DNA of 64,000 nt from IMG/VR virus record IMGVR_UViG_3300034122_002094; one strand, written 5' to 3'. Both the position numbers and the translations under genes were made by a program. The stretch is from a virus. The notes under the pieces are model-generated. The model saw only the letters and a program-made list of their open reading frames with translations. It was not told the DNA's origin and did not search any database. Of the stretch, positions 10,044 through 18,577 are shown in pieces (the stretch's first letter is position 1; each line of letters begins with the position of its first letter).

Positions 10044-10104
10044 TCGTCAGGCAAGTGGAGCTGCTACGCATGGTAGCAGCTCCACTCGTATCGCTGATGA
10101 TACG
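10041..10104 (+). repeat. class A intergenic hairpin element, copy 4
   Basis: Perfect 14-bp upper stem AGTGGAGCTGCTAC/GTAGCAGCTCCACT. Confidence 0.9.
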
Positions 10105-10120
10105 TCAACAGGAGTATATC

Positions 10121-10651
10121 ATGCTCATCGAGGATAGAAGTGCTCAACACACTTCTTATCACGAGATCTATGCTCGTGCTCAGAGATTTGGCGCCAGTGT
10201 ATCTGATCGGAATCGGCTGGCCAAACTCGATGAAGATCGACTCGCGCATGGGCGCGCAGTTCTGGCCAAGGCTTTGCCTCTGGGTCGGGGCTCCACCTCG
10301 TGGTTACTCGCAGTCGCCCTCACGCCCATCATCCATCCGAAAGGAGACGCAATCTCCAAGATGGATCGCACACCACGCTTGCTCGCTGCTCTTGAGGCCG
10401 TGAATCTGAAGCCTTCAGGTCCTCTGGCCGAATGGGCTGGCGAAGACTCAGCGTGGACATCGGCGACGATTGATCTAGAAGATGGATCGGCGCTGTCTCT
10501 TGTCGTGGGATGGCACAAGGGATGGCATCGTCAGCCCAGTCCGTGGGTTTACGACTACGCCCAGATCAGCGTGATGCAGCCAGCTATCCTTGGTGGTGGC
10601 TGGCACTTGATGGATGAATGCACCCTCGATAACAAAGGCAATCGACGGTAG
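10121..10651 (+). CDS. hypothetical protein
   Basis: AGGAG RBS. Confidence 0.8.
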   Translation: MLIEDRSAQHTSYHEIYARAQRFGASVSDRNRLAKLDEDRLAHGRAVLAKALPLGRGSTSWLLAVALTPIIHPKGDAISKMDRTPRLLAALEAVNLKPSGPLAEWAGEDSAWTSATIDLEDGSALSLVVGWHKGWHRQPSPWVYDYAQISVMQPAILGGGWHLMDECTLDNKGNRR

Positions 10652-10680
10652 CTAGCATATAACGCTCATAGGAGGATCTC

Positions 10681-10968
10681 ATGTCAGAAAACAAGTGGCA
10701 CAAGCATGATCGGCCAGACAACACCACCATCCCTCTGTCTTGGTACAGTGATGTCGTGATTCATGGCTATACGTTCTCAGCTCAGATCATCGCGTACAAT
10801 TCTCGTGGCAATGGCCCGTACACGATCAGGACTGGCTTCATCGGATCTGTGCTGCAAGACGAGTGGTCATATGAGTACCATGACCAGCCTGAGCGAGTGC
10901 TCAAGGATGCGATGGATCTCGCTATCGTTCTGCGCGATAGCCTCGCTGGAGCAATCATCCAATCATGA
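10681..10968 (+). CDS. hypothetical protein
   Basis: AGGAGG RBS. Confidence 0.8.
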   Translation: MSENKWHKHDRPDNTTIPLSWYSDVVIHGYTFSAQIIAYNSRGNGPYTIRTGFIGSVLQDEWSYEYHDQPERVLKDAMDLAIVLRDSLAGAIIQS

Positions 10969-11219
10969 TCAGGCGCTACACTGAGAAGTTTCCGCAAGGC
11001 AGCTTACAACCTGAGGACGTCAACCTCTCGCATATGAGTGCCCTCGCCAAGAGAGACGGCAAAGATCTCTGGTTCGCCTGTTGGAAGACAGACGAAACTG
11101 GCCGGATTGCGGCGTGGTCTCTTGGCAACACAGAAGCCGAGGCTCTTCAAAATCTGGCACTCAAGTGCCGAGATCGGCATGAAGCAATTCAGCTAGCTCA
11201 CAAACAGAACCTGTTCTAA
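10965..11219 (+). CDS. hypothetical protein, paralog of 11244
   Basis: TEK.PQGS..NLS..SA.A..DG..LW.A.W..AW. Confidence 0.8.
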   Translation: MIRRYTEKFPQGSLQPEDVNLSHMSALAKRDGKDLWFACWKTDETGRIAAWSLGNTEAEALQNLALKCRDRHEAIQLAHKQNLF

Positions 11220-11243
11220 CCAATATCTGAGAGGGGCTCTGAA

Positions 11244-11480
11244 ATGGTGAACAGAATCACTGAGAAGTACCCACAGGGCAGCCGCGACGGTATCAACCTC
11301 TCTCTGCTGAGCGCGTGGGCGCAACAAGACGGCGAAGAGCTTTGGATCGCCTATTGGCAAGCATACGCCCCACCTCACGCTGTTGCGTGGGCGATTGCTG
11401 ACACAGAAGAGAAGGCGATCGCCAAGCTCTCGCGCCGCTGCTCAGAGAGCGATGCAGTTCTGAGAGCTAAACACCGCTAA
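11244..11480 (+). CDS. hypothetical protein, paralog of 10965
   Basis: Shared motifs with 10965. Confidence 0.8.
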   Translation: MVNRITEKYPQGSRDGINLSLLSAWAQQDGEELWIAYWQAYAPPHAVAWAIADTEEKAIAKLSRRCSESDAVLRAKHR

Positions 11481-11507
11481 AACAAACCAACCTGACAGGA
11501 GTTCCCC

Positions 11508-11729
11508 ATGACCGGATGCAAGTTCACTGTGACCAAGACGCGCGGCGGATGCTGCCTCAAGATCGAGCGCACAACCAAAGGCTTCTTTGGTAACGATGTG
11601 ATGTCAGACCAGCGCAACTTCCAGGACCGTACTCCCGCCGAGGTAAATCAGCTCAAGCGCATGGTCGCTCAGGCTGGTGACGATCTCAACAAGCTCGATG
11701 ATCTGTTGGCCGCTGCTGGCTGGCACTAA
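11508..11729 (+). CDS. hypothetical protein
   Basis: AGGAG RBS. Confidence 0.8.
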   Translation: MTGCKFTVTKTRGGCCLKIERTTKGFFGNDVMSDQRNFQDRTPAEVNQLKRMVAQAGDDLNKLDDLLAAAGWH

Positions 11730-11746
11730 CAACCGAGGAGAATCTC

Positions 11747-12178
11747 ATGAAAACAATTATGACCCCAGTGGTCCTCGCCCTCGACTTCGTGAACCTCAAG
11801 ACGACAGAGCACGCCCTGTTCTTTGTCACTGATGAAGATCCTGGCGACGAAGAGCCGCCAGAGAGCGCAGTCAAGAATCACAAAGAGCTATGCTACCAAG
11901 TCGGCATGTGGGTGATCGGCATGATGGCCCCATCTCTCTCCAATGAGGGGCGACACAGTCGCATCAGGCCGCTGTGGGAAGAGAAGATTGGTAGCACCGC
12001 CACCAGCGACTACGACCTCCACGACGAGAACTGGGATGAGATCCTTCGCTCATGGATCTGCGCTTTGGAAGCAGACATGCTCAAGACCAGCGCCGCCAAG
12101 TTCTCCATCTCCCACAAGATCGGCACCAAGTTCACCGGCAACGGCACTATCGGTGTCGATATGACCGACCTCTACTGA
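11747..12178 (+). CDS. hypothetical protein
   Basis: GAGGAG RBS. Confidence 0.8.
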   Translation: MKTIMTPVVLALDFVNLKTTEHALFFVTDEDPGDEEPPESAVKNHKELCYQVGMWVIGMMAPSLSNEGRHSRIRPLWEEKIGSTATSDYDLHDENWDEILRSWICALEADMLKTSAAKFSISHKIGTKFTGNGTIGVDMTDLY

Positions 12179-12202
12179 ACAACAGCGATCTCTAAAATAT
12201 CG

Positions 12203-12231
12203 TTGCGATAAATTTAGTGATCGCATATCAC
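12203..12231 (+). promoter_or_regulatory. class P promoter
   Basis: CTAAAATATCG-TTGCGA-17(TAGTG)-TATCAC, then AATGGT hairpin. Confidence 0.8.
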
Positions 12232-12292
12232 AAAATGGTGCGCGGCATCACGCCGCCATCATGAATCAAACCCAAGCATCAAGGAACGCATC

Positions 12293-12919
12293 ATGTCCAT
12301 CTCCCTCGACAAGCATCTCAAAGTCACCTACCGCCTCAATGACATCACATGTCACTTCACGAGCAAGCCCATCTATGTGGATCGCATCTTCGAGGTCCTT
12401 GCGCTCAACGAGAAGCTCAGCGTTCACTGCTGTTCAGGCACTGGTTCTGCTGAGTGCTGGCCCCGTGGGATCATCTGCTCGACCAACGAGAAGTACAACA
12501 GCGAGAAGCACGGTGAGAAGCTCTCTGATTTTGAGATGGATAACAGCACCGCTGGCGACGACGTCAGCTACTTCGGCTGGTCTGATCTGCACGCGATGCC
12601 TGTGGCAGAGGTGCAGGACTTCAAGGACTTCGCCGAAGACTTCCGCGACCTCGGGCATCGAGACATCGACAACAGCGACATGTACACGCCCTACCACTGG
12701 GACCTCGATGAGATCCTCGGCGTCAAGAAGAGCCTGAGCGAAGTGATCGCGCAAGTCGATCACACTGAGAGACACAGCTTTGTGGATGAGAATGGCCACA
12801 CGATCCTCGTCGCTATCTCCGCCCCTGAGGCTGGCACTCCCAAAGGCTATCTCGTCGATGACAAAGAGAAGTGGCAGGACGGCCAGTGGCTTGATCCCAA
12901 CCGCTATGACAAAAAGTAG
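12293..12919 (+). CDS. hypothetical protein
   Basis: AAGGA RBS. Confidence 0.8.
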   Translation: MSISLDKHLKVTYRLNDITCHFTSKPIYVDRIFEVLALNEKLSVHCCSGTGSAECWPRGIICSTNEKYNSEKHGEKLSDFEMDNSTAGDDVSYFGWSDLHAMPVAEVQDFKDFAEDFRDLGHRDIDNSDMYTPYHWDLDEILGVKKSLSEVIAQVDHTERHSFVDENGHTILVAISAPEAGTPKGYLVDDKEKWQDGQWLDPNRYDKK

Positions 12920-12984
12920 TAGATCGTGATGCGCTGGGAGCTATGAGCTGTCCTCGTAGCTTCCGCCGTATCAATCACGATACG
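12920..12984 (+). repeat. class A intergenic hairpin element, copy 5 (diverged, compensatory changes)
   Basis: Lower stem ATCGTGAT/ATCACGAT; CGTATC-N6-GATACG; same length and spacing to AGGAG. Confidence 0.8.
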
Positions 12985-13000
12985 CCAACAGGAGTCTTTC

Positions 13001-13576
13001 ATGAAGCATCAGATCGGACTCACCTCTGCGATGAATCTCATCCGCATCATCCAGGATCAGCCAGACCTGAACATCGAGCATCGCGAGACCTGCTGCGCAA
13101 CGGCGCTGCTCGATGCGCTCGATTGGCGAGACACCTGCTACACCGAGGCACACAAGCGGTCCTTTGAGTACAAGCAGAAGCGCGCCAAGGACTACGCCTA
13201 CCACATTCAGGCGCTTCGCGACAAGTACACCGCCTACATGGTCTGGCCACAGTATGTCCGCGATCAGTACCGCCGCAACCTGGCCGCTCACGACAACATC
13301 ATCCGGCTCGACAAGATCCTGGAAGATGCGCGTGCTGCTGGCTGGCTGGTGGACAAGGGTACCTCCATCTTCGGCACTGAGGCGACTCTCACCAGCGAGG
13401 CGGGAGACCTGATCTTGCTCAAGTGGGACTGTGCTCGCTCCGCTGGCCCGGGTATCCTCGGGACGACTGGCTACATCGCTCGGCTGTACATCGCCAAGAA
13501 CAAGATCGAGGGAATCGTGAACAACGACTTCACCGAGATCAACACGTTCGCCGATGCACTCGCCGCGCTCAATTAA
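13001..13576 (+). CDS. hypothetical protein
   Basis: AGGAG RBS. Confidence 0.8.
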   Translation: MKHQIGLTSAMNLIRIIQDQPDLNIEHRETCCATALLDALDWRDTCYTEAHKRSFEYKQKRAKDYAYHIQALRDKYTAYMVWPQYVRDQYRRNLAAHDNIIRLDKILEDARAAGWLVDKGTSIFGTEATLTSEAGDLILLKWDCARSAGPGILGTTGYIARLYIAKNKIEGIVNNDFTEINTFADALAALN

Positions 13577-13600
13577 CAAAAAACACAAGAGAGGTCCGTT

Positions 13601-13867
13601 ATGGAAGAGTGTCCCAAAGAGATCGCTGAGCTGGCATCCGAGCATGACTTCAATCGAGTGATGCACGGCTTCCCCAGCGATCAAGCCGCAGAGGCCTACT
13701 TCGCAGGTGAACTGCTGCGCAACAGCGACATCGTAAGCTGCCCAGAGATCGTCACGTTCAATGGAGAGATCTATCTGATCTACTTCGACGATACCAATGA
13801 GGAAGACGACATCCCTCTGGTATTCGTCAAGTATGAACCACCCCTCATCGGCAGGATCAGTCTCTGA
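13601..13867 (+). CDS. hypothetical acidic protein
   Basis: GAGGT RBS. Confidence 0.75.
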   Translation: MEECPKEIAELASEHDFNRVMHGFPSDQAAEAYFAGELLRNSDIVSCPEIVTFNGEIYLIYFDDTNEEDDIPLVFVKYEPPLIGRISL

Positions 13868-13890
13868 CTTCGACGACCTCCCAACTCCCT

Positions 13891-14291
13891 TGACATCGTC
13901 TGCCCTTCGCGGTAGGTGGTGTCAGTGGTTCGTTGTGAAAGAGGCACGATGACCCGTTCAAGATCTCCTCTCAGGTGGCACCGCACCTTCGCCACCGCGA
14001 CAACATCCACCCGAACATTAAAGCCATGAAGGCCAGCCAATATGTGTAGAGACCCGCCCTGATCAGTCGCTCAGCCCATATTTATACCGAGCCAAGATAC
14101 TCAAGACCTCGCTGTGAGGCGTCAAATAGCCCCGTAGAGGCTTTCTACGACCGAGCGTGAGTACAATCATGTAACAGACCCAAAGCTCTCAACCAAGACG
14201 CTCGTTAGAGGTCTGGCCACAGAGCATCGGTGCCCCATTTTCCAGTAGTAATAAAAATGGCAACGAGGCCTAAAAATCTCGTTGCCATTTT
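13891..14291. other. ~400-nt structured intergenic region (candidate ncRNA or regulatory region)
   Basis: 14-bp GU hairpin 13891-13924; nested stems 14104/14214 and 14152/14204; 14-bp perfect inverted repeat 14254-14291. Confidence 0.45.
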
Positions 14292-14310
14292 AACAGTGTC
14301 ACGCTATCAA
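14282..14310 (+). promoter_or_regulatory. class P promoter
   Basis: CTAAAAATCTCG-TTGCCA-17(CAGTG)-TATCAA. Confidence 0.75.
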
Positions 14311-14371
14311 GAGACATCAGCAAACAAGCTGACCCAGGACATGTCGTCCTGCTCATCCAAAGGTATCAGTC

Positions 14372-14719
14372 ATGGCCCGTTCATTGAGCCCCATCCTGTT
14401 CGAGTTCGCAAACAACAACGCCGAGTTCCTCACGTCGTGGTGGCAGCGCCACCGGGCGACGAGCGATGCTGGCACGCCGGAGAAGAATCCCGGTCTCGAC
14501 GCGATCCTTCTCCGCTTCGCTGATGCGATGGCGTCCCCATGTCCGGCCTATCCGCAGGAGAAGCCAGAGGTCACGAACGAGCAGTTCGCCGCCTCAAGCG
14601 AGGCGTTCAAGGAGGCGTGTGAGCTGGCAGGTGTGAAGAACACCGCTCGTCAGGCCTCGAAGTTCCGCCGCAAGATGGGTGCGGCCTACAAGGTCCATCG
14701 CGAGCTGAAGCGCGCCTAA
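14372..14719 (+). CDS. hypothetical protein
   Basis: AAGGT RBS; basic C-terminus (TARQASKFRRKMGAAYK). Confidence 0.75.
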   Translation: MARSLSPILFEFANNNAEFLTSWWQRHRATSDAGTPEKNPGLDAILLRFADAMASPCPAYPQEKPEVTNEQFAASSEAFKEACELAGVKNTARQASKFRRKMGAAYKVHRELKRA

Positions 14720-14729
14720 CTGCGGCAGT

Positions 14730-14813
14730 GTGTCGTGTGTTTTTCAGGTAGTGTCGCAAATATCAAGTGAAGTTTGATACTACCTGAAAATTTTGTATCT
14801 CAACTCAAAAGGT
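14730..14813 (+). repeat. class B intergenic element
   Basis: 84 nt; internal inverted repeat TTTTCAGGTAGTGTC/GATACTACCTGAAAA. Confidence 0.7.
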
Positions 14814-14819
14814 TTCAAG

Positions 14820-15635
14820 ATGAGCAATCAGAACAAGAATACCGATCGCCCCGCCTTCAAGAAGGCAAGCGACCTCTCCATGTTCCTCTACTGGCTGGAG
14901 CGTGCGGCTGCGCAAGGTGCGCAGATCAAGCATATCTTTCTGCCAGAAGATGGCGATGTCAACCGCATCCATGTGACATGGTATGCTGACGAGGTCGATC
15001 CCAAGGTCAACCGAGTCATCTCGGCGCAGCTCACCGAGCTGCACAACCTGCCGAAGGAAGAGAGTGTCGCGCGTATCAAGCGGGCGATCGAAGCTGTGCC
15101 CCAGCTCTACTCTGTGTACTCGCAGAAGAAGGGCCTGGGTACGACGGTGAGCGGCATGTGTCTGCGAGACAACCGCTTCAAGCCTGACCAGAAGGCGCTG
15201 GTGATCTTCGCGCTCACCTACTTCTGCGAGGACATGGGCGTCGACTACTTTGACCTCAAGGTCGTCGATGATCGAGTGTCTGTCAGTCTGCCGCCCGACA
15301 AGGCCTACGATGTCGGCAGGCGTCCTGCGCTCGTCTCTGCGCTGCTGGAGTTCCTCAATGACACCAGCGCCGCCAACCCTGGCTTCTGGGACGAGAAGGA
15401 CGATGCAAAGCGCGTCGCGCGCTACATCAAGTCCTTCCAGCGCTTCGATCCCAAGACAGCTTGTCTGCGCATCTCTCGCAAGGCGAAGACCAAGACTGAC
15501 AATCGCCCCGTCATCGCCAAGCCCAAGCCCCAGCGTCAGCCGAAGCCGACGCAGAGTGAGCGTGTGAAGGCTCAGGTCGTCGCGGATCGTCGTCCAGCGA
15601 GCATCACAAGCGGCGAGGATCAGCCCAACGGCTGA
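14820..15635 (+). CDS. hypothetical protein
   Basis: AAAAGGT RBS; long ORF. Confidence 0.8.
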   Translation: MSNQNKNTDRPAFKKASDLSMFLYWLERAAAQGAQIKHIFLPEDGDVNRIHVTWYADEVDPKVNRVISAQLTELHNLPKEESVARIKRAIEAVPQLYSVYSQKKGLGTTVSGMCLRDNRFKPDQKALVIFALTYFCEDMGVDYFDLKVVDDRVSVSLPPDKAYDVGRRPALVSALLEFLNDTSAANPGFWDEKDDAKRVARYIKSFQRFDPKTACLRISRKAKTKTDNRPVIAKPKPQRQPKPTQSERVKAQVVADRRPASITSGEDQPNG

Positions 15636-15675
15636 TCAGTTCTCTCAAGCGCCAGAGCCTCTCTCTGGCGCGTCA

Positions 15676-15749
15676 GCAGCGTTAGCATAATTGGATAATG
15701 CAAGGATCTTCTAAGTCCTACCATGTGGGTTCAAGTCCCTCACGCTGTT
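15676..15749 (+). tRNA. tRNA-Arg(TCT)
   Basis: Acceptor GCAGCGT/ACGCTGT, D arm GCAT/ATGC, anticodon arm AGGAT-CTTCTAA-GTCCT, T loop TTCAAGT; T:T mismatch in T stem; no encoded CCA. Confidence 0.85.
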
Positions 15750-15782
15750 CTGGTGCCATAACCTCAAGCAGGAGTGTCAGTG

Positions 15783-16013
15783 ATGGAAGACTACAAGCGC
15801 CAAATCAATCAGTGCGGACCATTTAACAACGAGCGCGAGGCCAAGTTCTGGATCTGCGGTGTCGAGCATGGCAATCCTGACGACTGCACCGACTACGGTG
15901 TGATCGAGATCGATGGGCAGTGGTATGCCTGCTATACGCGGATCATCGAGATCCGCTACCCTGACGAGCACGACCAGTACGAAGATGTCGTGCGCTTCAC
16001 CTCTCCCATCTAA
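15783..16013 (+). CDS. hypothetical protein
   Basis: AGGAG RBS. Confidence 0.75.
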   Translation: MEDYKRQINQCGPFNNEREAKFWICGVEHGNPDDCTDYGVIEIDGQWYACYTRIIEIRYPDEHDQYEDVVRFTSPI

Positions 16014-16030
16014 GCTGTCAAGGAGACAAT

Positions 16031-16300
16031 GTGTACGTCTTCATCGCTGTGATCGTTATGTTCGGATTTATGTTGATCTTCGCTGTGGTGAGCGCTGCTC
16101 GCCAAGAGCGTGAGTCTCGATTGATGATCGAGAAGCACATGGATCGAAAACATCGAGAGATGTCTGATGCTCAGAAGATCCTGAACGTCTCGAACATCGA
16201 ATACTTCGACAATATCGAGACACCTCTGTCCTGTGATGTCTCGTGTGACTCAACGTCCTGTGACGCTGGCTGCGATGGCGGCTCAGGCGGCGGGGACTGA
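16031..16300 (+). CDS. small membrane protein with SCD/G-rich tail
   Basis: N-terminal hydrophobic helix; SCDVSCDSTSCDAGCDGGSGGGD tail; AAGGAG RBS. Confidence 0.75.
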   Translation: MYVFIAVIVMFGFMLIFAVVSAARQERESRLMIEKHMDRKHREMSDAQKILNVSNIEYFDNIETPLSCDVSCDSTSCDAGCDGGSGGGD

Positions 16301-16321
16301 TCTCTACGGGGGGGGGATCGA

Positions 16322-16394
16322 GGCGTTGTCTGCTAATGGTCAGGCGGTCGGACTTTCAATCCGAAGGTGCTGGGTTCAAATCCCGCCAACGCTA
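16322..16394 (+). tRNA. tRNA-Glu(TTC)
   Basis: Acceptor GGCGTTG/CAACGCT, anticodon arm TCGGA-CTTTCAA-TCCGA, T loop TTCAAAT; irregular T stem; no encoded CCA. Confidence 0.8.
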
Positions 16395-16455
16395 CTGCGC
16401 GCAAGCGCCCTCAGAGTGTCTCCAGTGTCAAACCTCAAGCATCAAGAGAAGTATC

Positions 16456-17529
16456 ATGAAGCAGCGCTACAATGCTCCCAGCCCCTACACCGTCGCCGTC
16501 TGTCTCGCCTTCCTCGCCAAGGACTACACCCTCTATGGCTTCGAGGCCGAGGTCCAGGACAAGGCGATCACCCCCAGGTTCGTCGATCTGCATCCGCTCG
16601 CGCGTCGTCTGGGTGACAATCAAGCAGCCTGCGTCGCTGCGCGCGACAATCTCATCAAGCGCGTCAAGCGTCGCGCGCTCAAGAACAACCAGATGTACGT
16701 CGTCGTGACCACGCAGTCTGTCTCTGGTCGCGCCTACGACTACATGATCAAGCGCGGCGAGGCCACGATCAACCTCGCATGGATCGATGTGGTCAAGGAG
16801 GGCGAGGACCAGACCCCCAAGGCTCGCTACATGAACGAGCATGTCGAGGTCACCAACTACCCACAGCCGAGCACTCACAAGCGCGAGATCGAGCTGGCAC
16901 AGGTCGCCCAGAAGGTCGGCGTCAACAAGAGCGATCTCAAGAAGGCCATCAAGGCCTTGCGGACGTTCGATGACCCGCGTCCCGGTCATGGCAGGCATCA
17001 GGACTTCTTCTCGATCCCCATCGGCGACTGGAACCAGATCCCGCTGTTCGACAAGCTCGGGCTCGCCAACAAGATCCAGTGTCGCTGCGAGCCTGATAGC
17101 CATACTGCCTACAACGGCGAGTGCCCCATCTGCTCTCATCGCGCCCTCGAAGGCATGATCGACTGTCTCGATGAGTTCATCGAGAGCCCTGAGTATCACT
17201 TCGAGCGTTCTGAGGATGAGATCAAGCAGCTCAATGGCCGCTATACTCTGCTGGATCTGATGGGCTATGAGTACAACGGTGGTGACTTCGGCGCCTACTG
17301 GGACTGCGTCAGCTTCTGCTGGCATGACTCGATGTATAGCATCGTCTACCGCGTCGAGAGCACCTTGACCGCTGGTTCTGTCGGTGGCGGCGTCTCTCTC
17401 GACAACCTGCGCGAGTATCGCGATGAGCTGAAGCGCTGTGTGCTGCTCAGCGAGCGTGGCTTGCAGCGCTTCAAGGTGGCCGACGTGGATCATCTCCAGA
17501 GCGATGACGCCGCCGTCTACCAGAAGTGA
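16456..17529 (+). CDS. hypothetical protein (CxC..CxxC)
   Basis: Long ORF; start moved past the tRNA. Confidence 0.8.
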   Translation: MKQRYNAPSPYTVAVCLAFLAKDYTLYGFEAEVQDKAITPRFVDLHPLARRLGDNQAACVAARDNLIKRVKRRALKNNQMYVVVTTQSVSGRAYDYMIKRGEATINLAWIDVVKEGEDQTPKARYMNEHVEVTNYPQPSTHKREIELAQVAQKVGVNKSDLKKAIKALRTFDDPRPGHGRHQDFFSIPIGDWNQIPLFDKLGLANKIQCRCEPDSHTAYNGECPICSHRALEGMIDCLDEFIESPEYHFERSEDEIKQLNGRYTLLDLMGYEYNGGDFGAYWDCVSFCWHDSMYSIVYRVESTLTAGSVGGGVSLDNLREYRDELKRCVLLSERGLQRFKVADVDHLQSDDAAVYQK

Positions 17530-17543
17530 TCGCTAAAAAATCG

Positions 17544-17572
17544 TTGCATCATTATTAGTGATGCACTATAAA
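17544..17572 (+). promoter_or_regulatory. class P promoter
   Basis: TTGCAT-17(TAGTG)-TATAAA, then perfect hairpin AAATGGTCGGGGC/GCCCCGACCATTT. Confidence 0.85.
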
Positions 17573-17629
17573 AAATGGTCGGGGCAGTGTGGCCCCGACC
17601 ATTTCAACATCAAGCCTCAAGGTGACGTC

Positions 17630-18022
17630 ATGAATCTCAAGTTCTCCGAATACTATCTGCAACAACTTTGTGCTGACATGATGTCCGCGATGATGCGGGC
17701 GGCCCCGCACGACCCCGAACTGTCAAAGCAGATCCCCTCTCTCTACGACTACCTGTGTTCTGGCCACATGATCTCGACCTTCCTGGACATGTATCCTCAT
17801 GTCTCGCGCGTGGGGTCGATCACGCCTGAGAAGATGCAAGCTCGACATCTTGTCGTGCTCGCTATGGCTCATGTCCTCGATCAAGAAGTGGCGATCTGCC
17901 ATGATGATCTCTGGGATGACGCCGATAGCGACCGCAAGAACGACTGGGACTACAAAGACTTCTTCACCGAAGACGGAGAGCCGCTCACGCCAGAAAACTA
18001 TCCGACTGGCGATGAAGACTGA
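17630..18022 (+). CDS. hypothetical protein
   Basis: AAGGTGA RBS. Confidence 0.75.
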   Translation: MNLKFSEYYLQQLCADMMSAMMRAAPHDPELSKQIPSLYDYLCSGHMISTFLDMYPHVSRVGSITPEKMQARHLVVLAMAHVLDQEVAICHDDLWDDADSDRKNDWDYKDFFTEDGEPLTPENYPTGDED

Positions 18023-18063
18023 GCTGTGGCCACGTTATATAACAAAAAACTAAAGGTGACGTC

Positions 18064-18549
18064 ATGCTGTTCACTGGTGTGCAGAAGAAAGAGCTGCCTC
18101 AATCTGTCCTCATCTCTCTCCTCTCCTTCCATCTCCGCATCGAGAGCTGCGATGGGGCCTTCATCTCGCTGGCCCCATCCAAGACCCTGGCTGCTGCTCG
18201 GGAGATCGAAGGCGAGATCTACACCCAGCTCCTCGCTGAGCGCTCATACAGGAACGCGACTGAGACGATCTCCTGTGCCGTCGAGATCTACGATACTGTG
18301 GTCGATGTCGAGTTCACGACCAACAACCTCTCTGGTCCTGACGAGCAAGACATCCTGCCTGAGCCTGAGCCGATCGAGGGCGCGCTGTATGTAGCCTCTC
18401 AGGCTGTCTGTGAGGTCATGTGGGGCAAGGGTCGCATCGACTTTGTCTGTCCCGGCGATCTCCTCGGCTTCGAGACGACGAGAGCCAAGCTCCCCAACGG
18501 CACATGGGTGCCGATCCTCCGCTGCCTCGGGCTGCGCAGGAACAAGTAA
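18064..18549 (+). CDS. hypothetical protein
   Basis: AAGGTGA RBS. Confidence 0.75.
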   Translation: MLFTGVQKKELPQSVLISLLSFHLRIESCDGAFISLAPSKTLAAAREIEGEIYTQLLAERSYRNATETISCAVEIYDTVVDVEFTTNNLSGPDEQDILPEPEPIEGALYVASQAVCEVMWGKGRIDFVCPGDLLGFETTRAKLPNGTWVPILRCLGLRRNK

Positions 18550-18577
18550 GATCTAAAGCTATGGAGCTAAACGCCTA

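Noticed and set aside
4201-12984. Class A elements as CRISPR repeats or integron attC sites
   Set aside because: They are separated by whole genes rather than spacers, lack RYYYAAC/GTTRRRY ends in the right arrangement, and no cas or integrase gene is visible.
16308-16316. G9 tract as a phase-variation switch
   Set aside because: It is intergenic, not in a promoter spacer, and is explained as part of a hairpin before tRNA-Glu.
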